Below are positions 52,131-64,000 of a stretch of 64,000 nt of DNA, in pieces; position 1 is the first letter of the stretch, and the number at the start of each line of letters is the position of its first letter. The notes under the pieces are model-generated. The model worked only from the letters and a program-made list of their open reading frames with translations. It made no database searches and was not told the origin of the DNA. Made by a program: the position numbers and the translations under genes. The stretch spans positions 4,148,880-4,212,879 of the forward strand of contig MU058337.1 of assembly GCA_013265495.1 (NCBI GenBank), written 5' to 3'. This DNA is from Vicugna vicugna (taxonomy: Eukaryota).

Positions 52131-53354
52131 AGTCAGGAATTAGTAACCCTAGGTATACTGAAGGGAACTCATTGAAAGAATCTTTTAAAACATTAACAAC
52201 TTTGTTATAATATGTATTTGATTTATAAACTGTTATTTAAAATTTTCTTATCCTCTCTTTGTGTGTGAAATTAATATCTCTACTTTTCAAATAGCAAAAC
52301 CAGGCTAACAAAAGAAATATTGTAGATGTTTATGATTATAGGAATATATGGTTATTGCACTTTGCCAAAACTGTTGCACATTGCTGGAGAAGTCATAACA
52401 AGAAGCGAATTGCTGAGGAAGGTATTAACTATTTAGTATTTCCAGCCCATAAGGAAATACTAGTATTACATATTCATGAGGGTATGATAGGTACATTTAG
52501 TATAAAATTAATATTCTCTTGGTGGAATGGTTGGGGTTTTTGTTTTCGCTTGTTTTTAGCATTTTGGCCAAGTTCCCATAAACACCAATGTCTTTCAAAG
52601 TTAGCACAGTTAGGTCCTTCTCGTGACATATCGGTGTTTGGAAGACTGCATTCCAGAACAATTTATTAGAGTTATGAGAGCTTTTTCAGTAGATTGGTTG
52701 GCCCATCTAAGATAGAGGATGCCAAGCACAGAACGGTAAGGAGGCATTGCTCAAGGGATGGCCAGCCTTCAGAAATTCTCTAGGGTTTCATTAGGGGAAG
52801 GGGCGAGACCTGGGCCCCACACTTCCCACCCAGAATTATCAGACTCCAGGGCCTGTTGAGCCAATCCTCAAACCTAGATTCAGCCTAAAAGAACTCCAAT
52901 CAGGCTGCAAGTAGACACATGAGGGCCATGACGGAATGGGAAGTGTTTGGGGAGCGGGGGTGTGTGTGTGTATACACAGCATCCGTGCCTACACCTGCCA
53001 GAAGGTGGAAAGGGTCAGAAGAGGTGATGAGTGAGCTACATCTTGACAAGTGACTCCGAGGAGATGTTATGAACAAGGAGAGACATGCACCCCACAAAGG
53101 GAAGCGAGTAGCTCGTAAAGGCACAGAGGTCTGAGGAAGCCGCTGAGTTAAGGGACAGGGAGATGTTCGCCGCGGCTGGATTGTAAGGGGAAGGGAGGTG
53201 TGGTGTCACGTCAGTTTCTCCTGGGAGAGCGGGTGATTCTGGAGCAGGCCCTCCAGGACTGGCTCCAAGACACCAGCCAGGGCACATGACTGTTTAGCTT
53301 CCGGAAGGATAGCCCAGCAGGGGCAGAACAGCATAAAGTCAGCAGAGACTGTGG

Positions 53355-53555
53355 CCAAGGTTCCGGAGCAGACGGCCTGCCTCTCCCCGTTTCCGGCTTT
53401 GTGACCTGAAGCATTTTACTTACTCATCTGTAAAATGGGAATGGTCATAGTATCTACCTTAGGGTTACTATGAGGATTAAACGACTTAATTATTTGTAAG
53501 GCATTCTGCAAGCATCTGGCAAAGACTAAGCGTGACCCAAGTGCTTGGTAAACAA
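53355..53555 (+). mobile_element. MIR SINE
   Basis: 'ctcatctgtaaaatgggaatggtcatagtatctaccttagggttactatgaggattaaa'. Confidence 0.8.
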
Positions 53556-56500
53556 AACAGCAGTGGCAGCAGTGAGCGCATCAGCCCTTTATCAAGAGAA
53601 CTCGCTCTGGATTCCAGGCTAGAAGAGAGTCGTGTTTTACAAAAGGACCCTGAAAGGACCCCTGAGGTCCCTTGAGTCCAGACTCTTAACTGAATAACTT
53701 GCTCAAGGAAGAATTCCAGTCTTGACCTGAGTACTAATTGAACGGAGCCTTGTGTAAGAAGTTATGGGGTCCAACTGAAAGGTGGGAAGTCCTGGGCTCC
53801 CCAGCAGAAACCGAATATGAGCCTCCCGGTTTGCTGTGGGAGACAGGCGAGGAGAAAGGCAGCAGATGGATGAGTCCCAGCAAAGCCAAGAGAAGAGCTT
53901 TTTCCCTCAGGGCTCCCTGATTATCCGTCTCCTCTCTGAAAAGCCATCATTCCTTTTTAAAGTTTCTTCAGAAAGAAATACAAGGTTATTGAGAACATTT
54001 CTAAATTCACAGAGCCTAGGTATTTTGGGGTAACTGTGTCATAATGACTGAGTTATGTGTCCAGATTGTATATAAAATCAATCGCCGTATATATATGAGC
54101 AAATGAAAAATGAATTACAATATTTCCTATAATTGCAGTGACAATCTCCTAAAAGAATCATTACAAGTTTTAAAGGGACACTCCAGGTGCCACTTCATCT
54201 GCAACTTAAACCTGTATGGCAGGAAGGGCATTAGACATATAAAAGTGAGAATTTATTTGCTAAATTCTTTATAGATTTATACTGCCAACTACCGTCCTCT
54301 ACTCAAAATAATGAAAAGACAGTATACCAATGTCATCCTAATAAAACAGATGCCTATATATATGTATGTGACACAAAACATTGACTTGTAAATTCAATCT
54401 ACTAATGAATAACTTGCCAGGACCAGCATCTATTAAAAATTAATTATTGTAGTTAACGATTTTAATATAAACTTGCTTTCAAATGTTTACAACTAAGAGA
54501 CTTGCCATTGCTTTAAAATGCAAATTAATTTGAACATCTCAGCATAGGCCTCCCCCACCACACCATCACCCTTCCCTAAATAAAATTTTACCTATAAAAA
54601 GAATAGGGGAGGAAAACCTGGATCAAAGATACCGTCTCTGCAACTTGGGCAGGATGGAAACCACGGCAGGCTATTACCTTTCTTTGTGATTTCCGGAAAA
54701 GAAACAAATGCATCCCCAAATGCTCCATTTAAGTCAATAATAAAGTTTCTTTTGGAAAAAAAAAAAGTAGAAGTTAGGAAAATTTTAAAAAGAATGCTTT
54801 CTGAAAGAGACTAACAAAAGCCTTCCGATGTCACGAACTATACTACCTCTCAACACAACTGCGTCCCTAGTGGGGACTTCTAAAAGGTTGAGTTTAAATT
54901 TTTTAGAAGTGTGTTTCATGTAAGCATCACCACATATGCCAAATGATCCATTAAGGATGCTCCATTATAGCTTAAAGAGTTTTGAGTTAAACACACAGGC
55001 TATCGTGGCCTAAGATGCTAAGAAAATACATGGCTCCATTTCCATTCAATGTAACTCTGCGGGAAAGCGTTATCCACAGAACATTTGCTGCGTTAAGGCA
55101 AGCACAGTGCCTTCAGAACGATGTTGAAGCTTCTGACCTCGCTAGACCAAAGGCCATCTGTCTTCAGGTTTTGGAAAATTAGTCAGTTCTCATGAGGGAT
55201 CTGTGTACATAGACCGTGCATGCAATCATGCCTGGAGGTCCAAGTTAGACATTCGGGTTTTCTCGAGGACTTCCTACCACCAAGCCAAGCCACCCTCCCG
55301 ACCCGCACCCACAAGGCCTACCCTCTTGCCTTGGGTCTTTCCCAGGCTGGCAATTTCGGAGTTTAAAGCATGGACTGTTTGGACTTATGTCCCAGTTCTC
55401 CTGCCCTCGTATGTGCCTCCCATGAGAGTCACGTGTCCTGAAAACACCTTTGAGACTGGATTACATAAGAAGTGTCTGACTATTTGGAGAGAAAACTGAT
55501 AGAAGCGAGTCACTGAGAATGTCCTAGACCCAAGCTTGACTGAGAATGTCCCGCCACCTGAGCCCCTGCAGCCCATTCAAAGTCAATGGTGCAAAAATAT
55601 CCTCACTGGATCTTGAACAGATGCCGTGCTGAGGGAGGGGGACATTTGATACTTCAGAGGGCAAAGCAAAGGATGCGTGTCTTAAAGGTATTAGTTTCCT
55701 GGAGGCAGTTTAGATGGCTTATTTCTGGAAAGCAGGGTTCTCCCACATCATCCTTTATATTTCACTTTCTTCCCACTCATTCACTCTGGCCATCAGTCAC
55801 CAAACTCAGTTAGGCATCATGAAAAAAAGAGCCCAGCTGGGCAGGGAGAGGGCAGGGGAGGTGAGAGAGGCTGTAAGGGACAGGTAGGACGGGAGCCTTG
55901 TCTTTAGCATCTTGCCTGACAGTGGAGGCGTGAAGAAGGCATTCTACAGGATGAATACATCATAAAGATGGGAATTGCTGCGAGGCATCCAAGGAACAGT
56001 GAGCATGCCTCTCCCCTCGTGGAAGATCTGGGTGGGGATCATGCAGGCGCTTGGAGCCAGAGAGTCAAGGTTCTTGAATGTCAGCCTCAGGCGGTAGGAT
56101 TTATCACACAAGAATGAGAAGTCACTAAAGGCTTCTGAGATAATGAAAACCACATCTCAGGAAGGCTTATCTGATGATGTGCAGAAGAGATTCGGAAGGA
56201 CAGGCTAGGTTGAGGAACACTAGACAACAGGAAGTATCAACAGGCCCTCAGCCAAACCTCTGCTTTAGCTCCATATGGTGACTAGGTCTCAGAGGGAGAA
56301 ACCCAAGCAGGGGAGAAATGGAGAACTTCCCTCATCCAGTCTCACCCTCTCCCCACTCCCCAGGGCTACCCCACCCCATCCCCTAGAACAAGTGCCCTGG
56401 GAGAACCCCAAGTCCAGCTCTGGACATCCCCTCGCTTATTCACTGAGGATGCACAGCCAGATAAGCAGAAGCTTCCCTTTCAAGGGAACTGGACTCTGCT

Positions 56501-57664
56501 TAGCTGATAAGGACCCTTTAAGACCAGTAAGTCTCCACCTGGGATATAGCCAACTAAACATATCTGAACTGTCCTGGATAAAAGGCTCCTTATCAAAGCC
56601 ACTAATCTCTCTGCATATTCTTCATGCTATGCCCAGCCAGACTGAAGTTTCTCCCACCTGCTTGTCAAGTTTTAGGGTCAGAAGGCCACCTAATGCCAGA
56701 TCTCATTCCAAGCAGAGCTCACCTGACTCTCTTTCCAGCAAGACCTGCACCGACCTCAGTTTGCTTGAACTGAACTTGTCTCTCAAGCACTGCCGGTCTC
56801 CAAGGGCCATGACAGCTCTGACTCACTTTCCCATAGGGACACCGTCAGCTAAGAAGGGTGCAGCCTTCCAGTCATAAGGCGAGAAGGTCTGACACATATT
56901 GGAAGGAAAAAGGCAGCATCAAACAAAGCACCCGGATTTCTCCTATCACATCATAGTGAACGGGCTGCGGTCAGATCACTCTAGAAGATACAACGTACAG
57001 ATCATTCCCATGGGGTCTTGCCGAAGTCAGAATCGTGTCAACGGAGTTCAGTCCTAAAAGACCTCTGTAGCACTGGTGTTAGGTATAAGCCCCGGAAGCT
57101 CATAGTAATTGTGTGCACAGCACACAGAATGAGAAAGAGACTTCTTCGCCTTCCTTCTTTCAGAGAAGTAAATTGGGTCATTGAAGAAAAGCTCAGAACG
57201 CTGGCTCTCAAGAATCCTTCATCACAAAATTCTGGTTGACTCATTTCTTTCCTGTAATACAAATTCGGAATGTGAAATATTTACACTCTAAATGAAGATG
57301 AGAGAAGGCAAAAACCAGAAAAAGAATTGTAGGTGGAATGTAATAGATGGTAACTTAGGTACTGAGAGAATTTGTTCTGTTCAGGCACCTACATAAACTA
57401 TTACAACATAAAAATAAGATTTCTGAGCAAACCCAACCAAAGTCCTGAAAATGCAGCTGTGTCTGACAGTGAGACACAAGGATGCGTGAATGGACAGTCT
57501 GAGTTTGTTCTTTCACTAAACAGTATACCAGGAACTTATTAAAGTGTAAAGATATTGAGGGGATTTTTTTGAAACTTTTTTTCCAACAATAATGACAACA
57601 TTTCTTGTGATAAGTGCAATACATGCAAAATGCTAAAGAGACATGCAAGACGAGTTCTTAATTC

Positions 57665-58010
57665 AGAAAACGGAGTCAGGTCAGTCTTCCAAGAGGTGGT
57701 GACTCCCAGGCTGCGATGCTGAGGATGAGTAGGAATTGATCAGGCACGTCAATGTCAAGTCAAGGTGAACGGGGCAGCAGGTGCAAAGGGCTCAGCACCG
57801 TGACCAGACATGGACCACATGGGGAACTGGAAATCGTTCCATGGGACCGAAGCGTAGTGGTCGAGGAAGGAAGTGGTAAGGGCTGGGTAGAGAACAAAGT
57901 GGGCAGGGGCCAGACCACCAAAGACTTTATGTGCCAGTGTTAAGGATCTTGGATTTTATCAGGAAGGCAGTGGGAAGCCTGGGCCCCTGGTTAAGTGAAG
58001 GCTGATCAAA
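57665..58010 (-). mobile_element. L2 fragment
   Basis: 'gggcaggggccagaccacc...ttaaggatcttggattttatc...cagtgggaagcc'. Confidence 0.65.
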
Positions 58011-58944
58011 GCATTCACAACCCTGGGATTGCACAGTAGGTGAAGGGTGAAGCAATTCTCCAAGATAAGGGGCATGTTGGCAGGAAAAAGTGAGTTTGAA
58101 TTTGAAGTTTTTCTGTCAGTTATCCAAGCAGAAACTTCTTGGACTTTCTTAATGCTCAACTTCAAAAGCTTACATCCAAACATCTCGACAACTTTTGTGT
58201 CCAATTATGAAGTTATCATTCACAAAAATAATTTATTTGACTCTAAGGTATATAGTATTTCCCATGGATACCAACTTTGGGGAGACTGAGTCCTGTCGCC
58301 ATATGACCTGTGGGAAGAGTACTTCCCATTGTTTCTGGGACATGTCCCTGGCCATATACACTTCTGGAATTTACTGAGAATCTCACTGTTTAGATTCCTC
58401 AACCCAGAAAAAAATCATTAATCCTACTGGTTTTCTGTTTTTTAAACAACTTCCTACCCAAGATACTTCTTTAATAGCCTTTAGTACAAAACATTGTCCA
58501 GAACTTTTGGAAAAGTCTGTTATTGTCCTCTCGCACCTAACCTCTCTCAAAATTCTCGAATAAATTATTCAAGATGCTTCTTGATGAAATCCAGGAAGGA
58601 CAGTTTCCACAGAGCTTAAGAAATACAGCCAAAATGGCTCTAAGTTTCCAGGACGGATGGTGACTCAATAGTAGTTTTGGCAGGGGGGTAGGAGGGAGAA
58701 GGCTTATATAAAACAAAGCAAGGTTTTAATCTAAGTGGAGCGTATAAATTGTCATTCTCCAAAAACCTTGCAGTAGTGACCCATGTTAATACTTTCAGAG
58801 AAGCCTTTCAAAACATTCCTGAGTCTTAAGCTCAAGGTCATGTTTGACCAGGATTAGCAAAGCGCCGTTCACCACGCACCTCTGTGCAAGTCAGGGGCGA
58901 TGTGTGTGTCGGGCCACTTTCCCTCTCCAGGGCTGCCCCCTGAC

Positions 58945-59655
58945 CTCGCACGTTAATGCAGCATCTTCCCTCTTTGTCCACCACTGCTCACCCCTCCTCG
59001 GCTCTCAACACAGCCGCCAGAGGGTCCTTTGAAATCACTGAGCCAAGTTAAATCCCTCCTCTGCTCAGAACCTCCAGTGGCTCCCTCTGGAAGAAAACGC
59101 CTAAGTCCTCACTGTGGTCCGCAAGGCTCTACTGATCCACCCCACGTAACCCCTCCACCTGCCCGCCAAGACTTTCCTCCCACCAGCTCACTTGGCTCCA
59201 GTTCCACTGTCTGCAATTCCAGTTCCTTCAAAACTCCCAGAACAGTCCTTCCCTAGGCCCGTCGCCCAGACTGTTCCCTCTGCCAGGAATGCTCTCGCCC
59301 CAGAACCCCCCTTGGCTCACTCACCCCACATCTCCCCTCAATGGTCACAGTCTCAGGGGGGCCTCTCCCAACCACTCCATTGAGAAGCATGCACCCCACT
59401 CCCACCCAGAACTCCCAGAGCCCCGACGGCGCTCCAGGCCTTTTATACACCTGCCATTTCAAACATGTATCATTCACGTACTGACTGTATTCACTGTTCA
59501 CTATTGGTCTCCTAACACTGGAATGTAAACACAATGGGATGGCAGGGTTTTCTTCTAAAACAGAAGTTCTTCAGTTCTAATGCCTGGAACCAGGTCTGGC
59601 GCCTGACAGGCACTTAATAAATATTTGCTGAGAGAATGTGAATGAATAGTAAGTG
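58945..59655 (+). mobile_element. L2a-like 3' region
   Basis: 'ctcaacacagccgccagagggtcctttgaaa...ctgctcagaacctccagtggctccc...ctgttccctctgccaggaatgctct...aggcacttaataaatatttgctga...gaatgaat'. Confidence 0.85.
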
Positions 59656-60387
59656 AATCCTTTATTGCCCATAGTTTTCCTTTTGGATCTTACCCAGAAA
59701 GGAAGATATGAGGCCGGAGGAAGAACTGGTAGGGAGACTATGGGACTGTTTTCCAAAACTGAACAGAGAGAGCATATTGAGATTCCCGACCGAGCTGCAT
59801 CAGGACCAGATCCCCGGGACCCCAAATCGTTCATTCTTCCTTGCAACCATGTTCAGAAATCTGTGTGTGAAGAGACTTTTAAGGATTACACACTTTACTG
59901 TTGATATTTACTCACACAAACCTTGAAAAATTAAAACATGTATTAATTCCTTTGTGTGCTAAACACTCTGCTAGGAGCTGCAGGGGACATTTTTAAAGAT
60001 AAAAAGACAGGGCTCTTGGCTTGAGGAGAACAAAATCTAGGTGGGAAGGCCGGAAAGTGATTACATCTGACTAGGGATGAGTTAAGAGTCATCCTTCCAG
60101 AGGAGAGATATTTGAGGCCAGTCTTGAGGACAAGAATGATTTTGGCAAGTGGAAAAAGAGAAGAGAACATTTCAAATAGAGAGAAGAGAAAGAATCAGGG
60201 CCGAGAAGCATAAAGGGGCAGGAAGGCACTTCAAAGTCGGCTCAGCCACCTGTCCGTGTTAGTTCCAACGGAGGTAAGTGACTTTGGAAAAGTACAGAGA
60301 AACGAACAAACGTAAGAGGTCCTATAAAGACTTCTACCTTTGGAACTTGAGTTTGTACAATCTGTGTTTCATTCTAGAGATATCAAA

Positions 60388-60750
60388 AATAGCATAGTAT
60401 ACAAGCGAGACAAGTCAGAGACAAATACTGCATGATACCACTTACATGTGAAACCTAAAAAGTAATACAAACGAATGCATATGCAAAACAGAAACTAATT
60501 CACAGACAGAGAAAACAACCTAGTGGTTACCAAGGGGAGATGGGATGGAGGGGGTCAAATTAGGGATGTGGGATTAAGAGATCCAAACTACTATGTATAA
60601 AATAGATAAGTGACAAGGAAATACTGTGCAGCACAGGGAATCAGAGCCATTATCTTGTAATAACTTGTGATGGAGTATAAGCTGCAAAAATACTGAATCA
60701 CTGTGCTGCACCCCTGAAACTAAAATAACATTATAAATCAACTCTAATTT
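60388..60750 (+). mobile_element. Cetartiodactyl-type L1 3' end
   Basis: 'agacaaatactgcatgataccacttacatgtg...gtggttaccaagggga...aaaatagataag...gcacagggaa...actgaatcactgtgctg...aaatcaact'. Confidence 0.85.
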
Positions 60751-61019
60751 TTTTTTAATTAGGAATATTAGGGGCATTTTCTTTTTGGTTGGCTGTAGGA
60801 AAACTTAGTACCTGGGTGTCATTTGTTCCTAAACAAAAAGAATAAAATATTGGAAACTTCTCCTCCTTCTGCTATTTTGCCAAGTTACATATAACTCCTT
60901 AACTGACCTCATTGTCTCTACAGAGAAAAAGGGAGAACCACAAAGGAAGAGGAAATGAAGAAGAGAAATCTATTCATCTCTTGAAACACTTTTTCTACTA
61001 CCCTCCCCTTCTCGCTCTA

Positions 61020-61140
61020 CAGTGGTTCTTAATTTTTCTAGATTCTGGACTCTTTTGAGAACCAATGAAAGTTGTGGATCCTCTCCCCAGAAAATCACAC
61101 ACGTAGACTGTGGATCGAGGTTCAACCCAAAGAACAGAAT
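61020..61140. mobile_element. hAT-Charlie-like MITE fragment
   Basis: Starts 'cagtggttcttaa', then 'ttttgagaaccaatgaaagttgtggatcctctccccagaaaat'. Confidence 0.55.
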
Positions 61141-61464
61141 CCTCGGGAATTGTAGTTTGTATTGTTCACCCATTACAGTATGGGAAGGCTCACCAGAAGG
61201 AGGAAAGGAGGTTAAAAAAAAATAGAAAAAGGGTGAATGGAAAACAGGCAGAAAAATGTCTGTGCACGTGTAAGACTATCCCACGGGCTCCCGGATCAAA
61301 ACTTCCCTAAAACAACAAGCCCAGAGCGAGAGGTAAGACAGGGAACAGGGCACTCTGCATCAAGCACCAAAGTAAAACAGAACATAGCTTTTCTTTCATG
61401 TGACAAGCCGCCCTGCAAAGGCTGAACTGCAAAACCAACAGGAGACTTCAGGGCTGGGGGGTAC

Positions 61465-61620
61465 AATCATGTGACTTGATCTTCAATTTCCTCATCTGCA
61501 AAATGGGTATAAACTCCTGCCCTATCTACCTCCTGGCATGGCTGTGCAAGTCACAGAAGACAGCATATGTGGAAGAATCCATAAGCTGTCGCGTGCATAC
61601 AAACGATGGCTAGTACTGTG
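61465..61620 (+). mobile_element. MIR SINE fragment
   Basis: 'tttcctcatctgcaaaatgggtataa...cctgccctatctacctc'. Confidence 0.7.
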
Positions 61621-62224
61621 ATGTCTGGTCCAGGGTGTAGATCACCTTTAGGGAATCAACAGCTGCTTCTATCGCCCACTTGAAAGGAAAGGCTCTTAAC
61701 TACTGAAGTGCTCCAATCAATTAATAGTTAGTCGTGTGTACTAAAATTAGCTGCTTCAACCTAAGTCTGCTAATAGTATCGGATTGATCAAGCAGCATTT
61801 CCACTAACAAATATCTATTAAACACAGGTGGATCAGCGATGCTATTATTGAACGAGTATATACGGAATGCCAGGTGCTCCAGAATATTTTTCAAAGGAAC
61901 CAAACACAGGGAGCTGAAGTTCACTTTCCTACTAGAAATGCTCTTAAAACTCAAGAGGTCCCGCGGGAACAGACCACCTTCCCCTCTGCCCAGACTTCCT
62001 CCTCTCTCCTTTTCATTCTCACCATTCACAGCATCACTGACCCCAGGCTGGCTCTCATCACCTTCCACTCCGCGTACCCCGTCCTCCACATCCCGTATTC
62101 AGGAAAGCAGCAGTTCCCATCACTCTAACGACCGGTTTCATCCTCTTGGTCCATCGATGCTGTTTTTGTCCAGACCGACTTCATCTCTTAAAGAAATACT
62201 GGCAGAATCATCCTAAATGTGAGC

Positions 62225-63240
62225 TCTTCATATCGGGAGCAGGTAAATGAGATCAAGTGTTTTAGCTGTGTTGGTCAAATCCACTCTAACCTCACCAGCT
62301 TTTCTTTTTGAATGATCTACCTGTTACCAACAGGAGTGCGCTACAAATCTCCCATCGTGATGGTGGGGTTTGTGCCTTTTGCCTTGTGATTTTTGTCAGT
62401 TTTTGCTTTTTAAATATAACCTGCTTTATTGCATAATTTAAAAGTTTAGAGTTGTTGTATTCTTCTATTTCTTCCTGAATTAGTCCTTTTATCAAAATGT
62501 AATACAGTCATCCCTTGGTGTCCAGTATCTGAGGGAAATGGGTCCCAGGACCCCCGTGGATACCCAAATCCACTGATGCTCAAGTCTTTTACACAAAATG
62601 GTGCTGTATTTTCATATCACCTGGGCACCTCCTCCTGTATACTGTAAATCATCTCTAGATTACTTATAATACCCAATATAATGCAAATACTATGTAAATA
62701 GTCGCCAGTGTGCAGCAAACTCAAGCTTGACTTTATGGAACTTTCTGGAATTTTTTCCAAATATTTTCAATCGGAGGTTGGTTGAATCCACAGACGGCAA
62801 AGTGCACAGATACAGAGGGCCAGCTGTAACCCTCTCTAACCTTGACAGTGTTTTTTGCCTTAAGGCCCCTGTGGCTAGACTGGCTTTCTTTTGGTTAGTG
62901 CTTAGCTAGTATATCTTTCTCTACCGTGTAATTTCCAAATATTATGTCCTTATATTTCAGATATTTCTCTTGTAAATTACATACAGCTGGCTTGGTGTTT
63001 TTATTTTTGCCTTTCGATTGTAAGGGATTTTTGATCTATTCTGATCATCTCTGGACAAAAAGTGGGAAATTTAATGTAATTTTTGTGCTTATTTCTGCCA
63101 TCTTACTGTATGCCTCCTTTTCATCTTTTTTCCTACGATTTTTTCTCCTTCCCTGCTTTCTTTTGGTTTCATCAAGGTGTATTTATTCCTTTTCTCTCCT
63201 CTATTTATTTGCAGGTTCTGTTTCTGTTCTTTGAATGCTT
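62225..63240 (-). mobile_element. Decayed old L1M fragment (antisense), interrupted by MER2
   Basis: T-rich antisense L1 text: 'tgatctacctgttacc...aaatctccc...ttttgtcagtttttgctttt', 'gctttcttttggttagtg', 'atttctcttgtaaattacatacagctgg'. Confidence 0.65.
62505..62826 (+). mobile_element. Tigger-family MITE (MER2B-like), full length
   Basis: TA|cagtcatcccttggt ... acagagggccagctg|TA: terminal inverted repeats with TA TSD; internal 'aaatcatctctagattacttataatacc'. Confidence 0.9.
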
Positions 63241-63574
63241 AGTGTTTTAGTATTTTGACAAGCTGTCCCTGCTTCTTGTTACACAAAATAGGGCAGTTAA
63301 GTTGGGATGATGGGAATGGTAGCTAGGAAGGTAAGAGGGTGGAGGTGAGGTACCCCACGTCCAAGCCTGGCCACTCACCCATGTGATGCTCCACTCTCCT
63401 CCCCTGTAGCGGTGTGGGCAGAAGCCACATGCTGAAGACAGGGGTGTCCCCAAACGGAAAAGGCCTGGGTTACTGAGTCATCACTTCAAAGACAATCACT
63501 TGAAGTCACAAGCAAGTCCAGGCAAATGGGACAATGACAGTAAAGGCCCTTAGGGAGCAGGCTTTGCTCTTTCA

Positions 63575-63850
63575 AAAAGCACAGAGGCTAGTGTGTCTCG
63601 AATGCAGCCAGATTAGGGGACGATGGTCTGGAACAAGGTCAGGGAAGTAGACATGGGCCATATCATGTAGGGTTTTGTAAACCAGGGAAAGGAATCTGGA
63701 GTTTACTCTACCCATGCTGGGAAGCCATTGGAGGGTTCTGAGCAAGAAAATGTCATCATCTAAGTTCCATATCCAGAAAAATCGCTCCGGCTGATCAATG
63801 CGTGGGATGGAGAACTGTCTGAGGAGATGCAGTGAAAACAAACGCTGGGC
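63575..63850 (-). mobile_element. L2 fragment
   Basis: 'gggccatatcatgtagggttttgtaaaccaggg...tgggaagccattggagggttctgagca'. Confidence 0.75.
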
Positions 63851-64000
63851 AGTCGCATCCTTTCTGCCTGATCTCCGGTCCGCCCTGTAAGTCCTGAGGC
63901 TCCACCACCACCTACCACCACCATCAGTGTCCACACACAAAGCTCTGGTCTCATATAGACATCTGGTGGCCAGCGTTGGAACTGAGAGATCCTGTAGCCT

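Noticed and set aside
55512..55551. Direct repeat actgagaatgtcc x2 with a 14-bp spacer (CRISPR-like?)
   Set aside because: Only two short copies in mammalian DNA; no array and no cas genes.
56275..56877. Longest ORF in the window (200 aa)
   Set aside because: S/P/L-rich, no recognisable domain and no supporting gene structure; compatible with a chance ORF in GC-richer DNA.
1..64000. Prokaryotic-type systems (operons, CRISPR, defence islands) or a recognisable processed pseudogene
   Set aside because: The sequence is repeat-rich, CpG-depleted mammalian DNA with no long ORFs; I recognised no retrocopy of a known mRNA.

Overview
This is mammalian, essentially non-coding genomic DNA (intronic or intergenic), very probably from a camelid (alpaca, llama or camel). 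The evidence is three copies of a tRNA-Ala-derived SINE resembling the camelid Vic-1 family, plus many short lineage-type L1 3' ends. The window is dominated by interspersed repeats: L1 of several ages, L2, MIR, MaLR/ERVL LTRs, one probable ERV1 solo LTR, and hAT and Tigger DNA-transposon relics. Several are nested and retain readable target-site duplications (TSDs). I recognise no protein-coding gene. The supplied ORFs look like chance or repeat-derived frames, and the only recognisable protein similarity is a decayed L1 ORF2p fragment. The most interesting non-repeat signals are: (1) a small CpG-rich promoter-like element at ~35.6-35.95 kb with ETS and GC-box motifs and outward-facing splice donors on both strands; (2) a pair of overlapping sense/antisense exon-like segments at ~18 kb; (3) a cluster of PBX-HOX-type motifs at ~28.3 kb; (4) a poly(A)-only insertion with TSDs at 19.8 kb; (5) a tail-to-tail inverted L1 pair at 17 kb. 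I see no convincing novel biological system. Repeat subfamily names come from my recall of consensus sequences, and boundaries are approximate unless a TSD is quoted.
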